This document shows, in pieces, positions 58,747 through 64,000 of a stretch of DNA of 64,000 nucleotides. The DNA lies in NCBI GenBank assembly GCA_002189035.1, contig NEEC01000002.1, positions 310,001 to 374,000 on the forward strand. The letters run 5' to 3'. The translations under genes and the position numbers were made by a program. Origin of the DNA: Utricularia gibba (Eukaryota > Plantae > Magnoliophyta). How positions within the stretch are numbered: position 1 is the first letter of the stretch; each line of letters opens with the position of its first letter. Under the pieces are notes generated by a model. It did no database searches. It saw only the letters and a program-made list of their open reading frames with translations, and was not told the origin of the DNA.

Positions 58747-61700
58747 ATGGAGGGCGTGGACTACCTGGCCGACGAGAGGAGGAAGGCCGAATTCGATGTG
58801 CAGGCTATGAAGATTGTGTGGGCAGGTTCACGCCAGGCCTTTGAAGTTTCTGATCGCATTTCGAAACTCGTCGCTGACGACCCAGTAAATCATTTCAGCC
58901 TCTGATTGCTTCAAATTTTACTTTTTTTTCTGTAATTTAGTCAGGGATTGCGTCTTTATGAACTTATATTTGCTGTACACCGATAGTTCCAATTTCCTGA
59001 TTCATCAGGAAGCAGCTTTTCTGCAAGGTATTTTCTCTTACTTGAGATTTTCCTACTGAATAATGCAGAACGAAGAAGATGTCATTGTCGGCTACTTTTT
59101 TTGTTGTCACCCAGTTTGTTATTACTGCCTGAGTGAACAAGAGAACAACGGATCATTATAAGAAAGATATCTTGTTAATGTGGGAAGTTGATGCAGAGGA
59201 TTTCTAAATATGTTAACTTCAAAGTCTAGTGTGCAAGGAGTCGATTTTTTTTCTTGGTTTGTTAGTGTAGAGCCTTCCCTGTGAGTGAGCACCAACAGAT
59301 GCACGTCTAGGATGAAAATATGTGTTTGCATCAATAGTGCAAGTAGTAATAGATGGTGAGTGTAATTTGCTCTAAGTGAAAATGTATGATGTTTTTGTTA
59401 CCGACACTTTATTTTCATGGGGTCTTTTTTCTGAACTTGCGTGGATTTGGTGACATTCCTTCTCTCTTGTCATGTTGACTGTTTCTGACTCTTTGCCATG
59501 TTATGATGTAGGTATTCAAGAAAGATGACAAGGCGATGCTTTCCAGAAAGGAGCTGTTCAAGAATACTCTCAGGAAGGCTGCTCATGCATACAAAAGGAT
59601 TATTGAGCTCCGTTTGTCAGGTGAACTTCCATGGCGACTTTGAAGTGGTTTTGACACTTTTTGTTCACCAGTCAAAACTTTTGAGCTTCAATTTTGTAGA
59701 GGAGGAGGCATCCAGAATGAGGTTCTTCATTGATGAGCCAGCTTATACAGATCTTCATTGGGTACCTTCTTCGATTTGAATCTTCGGGATTGTGTTGATC
59801 TACCTTCATGGAGTGGTACCACATCAAAATGATGCATGGTTGTGGCTTTACTATCTTGCTTTTAGGGAATGTTTGTACCAGCCTTAAAAGGCCAGGGGAA
59901 TGAAGAACAACAGCAGAAATGGCTGCCATTGGCTTATAAAATGCAAATAATTGGGTGCTATGCTCAAACTGAACTTGGACATGGGTCAAACGTGCAAGGT
60001 CTTGAAACCACAGCTACATTTGATCGTCATACAGATGAATTCGTGATTCACAGTCCTACGCTGACATCAAGCAAAGTAAGTCAAACATATACAAATCAAG
60101 ATTGTGCTTCTGTCATATTGGTATAAATGGGACACAAAATATGAAACTTCTTTTCCTCGTTCTATTTTGGCTTCATAACTTCATTTTCTCTCCATACTCA
60201 GTCCTTACAGTTTTGTTTTGTAATCAGTGGTGGCCCGGTGGACTGGGCAAGGTATCAACTCATGCCATTGTTTATGCCCGCCTAATCATTGATGGAAAAG
60301 ACTATGGTGTTAATGGTATCAGCAGATTCCTTCAGTTGATCTTTCATCAATTATCCTCCTATGCTGTGTAGTAAATAGTGGTTCAATTTAGGCTTTATTG
60401 TTCAAATACGGAGTTTGGAAGACCATATGCCTCTTCCGGGTGTAACGGTTGGTGATATTGGAATGAAATTTGGAAATGGAGCATACAACACCATGGATAA
60501 TGGAATCTTAAGATTTGATCATGTTCGCATTCCCAGAGATCAGATGCTTATGAGGTATGCTGTCTTTTATGAAAATTTCCTTTATTTTCATGACAAGGAC
60601 ATTAATGTGTTTGCAGATGTCATTATATGTTTCTTGCATATAGCTTTACAGCTTCTGAGGAGCACTTAGTTCTGAAAGTAGTAAGCCACAACTATATGAT
60701 CAGGCTGTCATGTGTGCAAAATTCTCCCTGAAAACTTACTCTAAAGGCTACCCTTTATTTTGATATAAAAGAGGATGCGAAGGCCCCTAAAATCTCTTCA
60801 TGTTCTAGGGTTTCACAAGTTACCCGGGATGGAAAATTGAAGCAATCAGAAGTGCCGCGACAGTTACTTTATGGAACGATGGTATTCGTGAGAAAACAAA
60901 TTGTAATTGATGCTTCCCATGCTTTATCCAAGGCTGTTTGTATTGCAACAAGGTATAGTGCTGTCCGCAGGCAATTTGGATCACAAAATAGTGGGCCTGA
61001 AACTCAGGTAGATGGGATTAAGCATTACATCTTTGAACATTTTCCTTTGTGTACCCTTGTCTAAGCTTGTGTATCTTTTGATGCAGGTAATTGACTACAA
61101 AACACAGCAAAGTAGGCTCTTCCCGTTGCTGGCATCTGCTTATGCTTTTAGATTTGTGGGGAATGGCTTCACTGGCTCTACACTGACGTCACACAAAGAT
61201 TGCAGCAGAATGATTTCTCTACATTGCCCGAAGTTCATGCATGTACTGCAGGCTTGAAGTCACTGACCACTTCAACAACTGCTGTAAGATATCAGTAGTA
61301 AACCCCTTCTGTGATTCTACGGTTTTTAGATAAGTAAAACTTTTTTTTATTTTTCCTATTCAATTTAAATGCTAAGAACTGACAAGGAAGTGCTTTTGAT
61401 CCCTAGAAATTTGGTGCAAATTCATGTAAAATTATGTTTGCATTCTATTTACACTCTATATTTGAGTTAAAAATGCTCATTGTTCTTGCTTCCTATCCTA
61501 TTTTTTTTTCTAGATTTCTATTCTCTGATTGATTGGTCGTTTGTGCATAGGATGGAATTGAAGAATGCCGTAAGCTGTGCGGAGGCCATGGTTACCTTTG
61601 CAGCAGCGGGCTTCCAGAACTATTTGCGGTTTATGTTCCCGCTTGCACATATGAAGGAGATAATACTGTGCTTCTTTTACAGGTAATTCTCCTCTCATAT

Positions 61701-63371
61701 TAATTATACCTGGCTCTTCCCTGCTTATCTAATATTGGATGCATGCTTATTATTGTTTTGTTACTCGTTTATGAGTTGTATTGGTTGCTGTTGGCAAGAT
61801 TCATGCCAGGTGAGAACTCTGGAAAAACTTATGGGAATGTGTGTGAGCACTGAGATCACTTAAAATTTATTTTAAAAACTCACAAAGTGTCATCTAGATG
61901 TGCCAAATTATGTACTTTTTTAATCCTTTTTCTTCTTCTTTTAGTATCATAGATTGACTCACTTTTTGTATGGGAATATAAACATGCAGTGGTGCGTTGT
62001 AACTTATTTACAGCAATATCACTTGCCCAAGGGCTTTTTTTCCTTGTAGGTGTCTAGGATCCTCATGAAAACTGTTGCCCAGCTTGGAACTGGAAAGTTA
62101 CTTGTTGGCACAATGGCGTACATGATGAGAATCGAGCGTCTGCTTCAGTGCCAATGTGCCGTTCAGCGAGGTTTGTAATCCTTTCCCAAAGGTAGCATTA
62201 TATTCATTATTCCTGAAATGAAGCCTGCTAGCTGAATCTACTTCAGCAACGTAAAAATCACAGTAAAGGAAAACACCATTATTTTTACAGTCATGAGGTT
62301 TCTGTACTTCTAGTTGCCATTTTCAAGCACAAATGCTTCCAAACTACCATACAATAAATCGGCTCATCTGAACTTCTGTATTACGAGATATAAACTCATG
62401 CAGTGTAGAAGCACTTCTCTTCTTTTTCTTGTTCATAAATAGCTCTACGTGTATGATTCAAGTGAGGATTCATGCCCATCTTACTATCAGTTACCTGATC
62501 TTTGTATTGTGTCTTGCAGCTGAGGATTGGTTGAAACCAACTCAGATACTCGAGGCATTTGAGGCTAGAGCTGCCAGAATGTCTGTTTCATGTGCCCAAG
62601 AACTAAGTAAATTTTCTTCCCCTGAGGAAGGTATTGTTCTTTTCTCATTCACGAATAAGAAAGAAGGTGCTACTGTAAACTGGTTAGCCTCACTTATCCT
62701 CTTATCCAGGCTTCGCGGAGTTGTCAGCTGATTTAGTTGAGGCTTCAACTGCTCACTGTCAGCTGATCATAGTATCCAAGTAAGATTCAGTCACATATTT
62801 TGTTTCGAAGACAGATATCCAGATTTTACCCATCATTTTGTTACCAAATGCTTCAGGTGGAAGAACCAACTGATTTATGGTGTATCTGTGCCGCAGGTTT
62901 ATCGAAAAGCTTCAACAAAATATTCCTGGTGAAGGTGTGAAGCAACAACTAGAAGCACTGTGTGGCATTTACAGCCTCTCCCTTGTTCACAAGCACCAAG
63001 GCGAGTTTCTTGCAACTGGGTATCTCACCCCCAAGCAGGCAGCTCTAGCAAACGATCAGCTGAGAGCACTCTACACCAAGGTATGTCTTCTAAATCAGAA
63101 ATTGGACCTTCTCATGAATCCACATTGTCACTAATGATGTCGAAATATGCACATCTCCCAGATTCGTCCCAATGCCGTCTCCCTGGTCGATGCTTTCAAC
63201 TACACTGATCACTTCCTCAGCTCCATATTGGGGCGCTATGATGGGAATGTCTACCCCAACCTGTACCAGGAAGCATGGAAGGATCCGTTGAATGACACTG
63301 TTGTGCCGGATGGGTATCACGAGTATGTGAGGCCACTGATCAAGCAGCAGCTGCTCTCTGCAAGACTGTAG
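58747..63371 (+). CDS. ACX1: Peroxisomal acyl-CoA oxidase 1
   Basis: [82 protein letters not shown]1 ARL*. -1 shift at G run 61158-61161 (FVGEWL). Confidence 0.96.
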
Positions 63372-63720
63372 TCATTGTGATTAAGCCGAAGGTGGACTCA
63401 AGCTAAGCTCTCTGTGCTCTTGAATAAAATGAACCCTCTCTAGGCGCAAGTCTTATCTTTATCAAATGTTTCGTATTTTTAACAGGTTTTGCATGGAAAT
63501 AAACAGCATTATGCTTCTGTTTCTTTTCGTATCCAAATAACCTCTTTATTGCTTTTTTTTTTTTTCAAAACCACCAAAACCGGATTGATTCCCAGGAATA
63601 ACATGCAGAAGCTCGCAAATGTCCACAACACAGAACAAGGAAACAGGAGCAGATAACCCATCAGTAAAGGTGTTACCTCCAAAACTTGATGAAGGCCTTC
63701 AGTTTCAGAAGACCGGAGTG

Positions 63721-64000
63721 CTAACAAGCTGATCTTTTGGCTGCAAACGCGAAAGCAAATGCAGCCAAAATAGATGTTGCAGAAGAGAATGTAGCCCATA
63801 AGCTCGACCTCTTTTGAGCTCGACCAACGCATGTCTTGAGTGACTCGAGTTCTCGTCCCATCTCCTCCGTTTTCCTCTCTTCCCTCCTGAGAAAGTGGAC
63901 TATTGATTCCATTTCGACAGCGAACGGTTTCACCCCCTCGTCATTCACCTGAAAATGCACATCTTTCACGTCCCTTTTGCAAAAAGCTGCTGTGTTCTTC
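63721..64000 (-). CDS. 3' end of a tail-anchored coiled-coil (paramyosin-like, At3g05130-type) gene, partial
   Basis: EMESIVHFLRREERKTEEMGRELESLK coiled coil, then hydrophobic LWATFSSATSILAAFAFAFAA and basic KR before the stop. Runs off the window edge. Confidence 0.6.
   Translation of the reverse strand, partial: KNTAAFCKRDVKDVHFQVNDEGVKPFAVEMESIVHFLRREERKTEEMGRELESLKTCVGRAQKRSSLWATFSSATSILAAFAFAFAAKRSAC

Noticed and set aside
9911-61161. Programmed ribosomal frameshifting or mass pseudogenisation as the cause of broken ORFs
   Set aside because: All shifts are -1 in short homopolymers of otherwise conserved genes, which fits sequencing error far better.
1-64000. CRISPR arrays, prokaryotic operons or defence systems, tRNA/rRNA genes, intact LTR/LINE elements
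   Set aside because: None seen; the window is spliceosomal-intron plant nuclear DNA with no repeat-spacer arrays, cloverleafs or RT/integrase motifs.

Overview
This is eukaryotic DNA: a gene-dense nuclear window from a flowering plant (eudicot-like; species not determinable from sequence alone). I find 16 intron-containing or single-exon protein genes, one running off the right edge. In order: RbcX2, an AN1-only stress-associated zinc finger, LBD4, a two-domain glycosyltransferase-like gene, callose synthase CalS9/GSL10, ARF3/ETTIN with two tasiR-ARF sites, MACPF NSL1, DUF506, a P-class PPR, a VQ4-like protein, a DWNN/RING PQT3-like E3 ligase, an oleosin, a DeSI/PPPDE peptidase, a Gly-rich unknown protein, peroxisomal ACX1 and a tail-anchored paramyosin-like protein. 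Family calls come from my recollection of homologues, not from database searches. Signals missed by the ORF track: a decayed, internally deleted DiT1 (2-oxoglutarate/malate translocator) pseudogene; a probable kinase pseudogene; a 35-bp-arm MIRNA-like hairpin matching no miRNA I recognise; and three GC-AG introns in CalS9. About 12 single-base frameshifts fall almost all in homopolymer runs, pointing to assembly error rather than mass pseudogenisation. I found no prokaryotic features, CRISPR arrays, tRNA/rRNA genes or intact transposons, and no clearly new multi-gene system. The hairpin, the DiT1 pseudogene and the ETTIN/SAP motif changes are the best leads.
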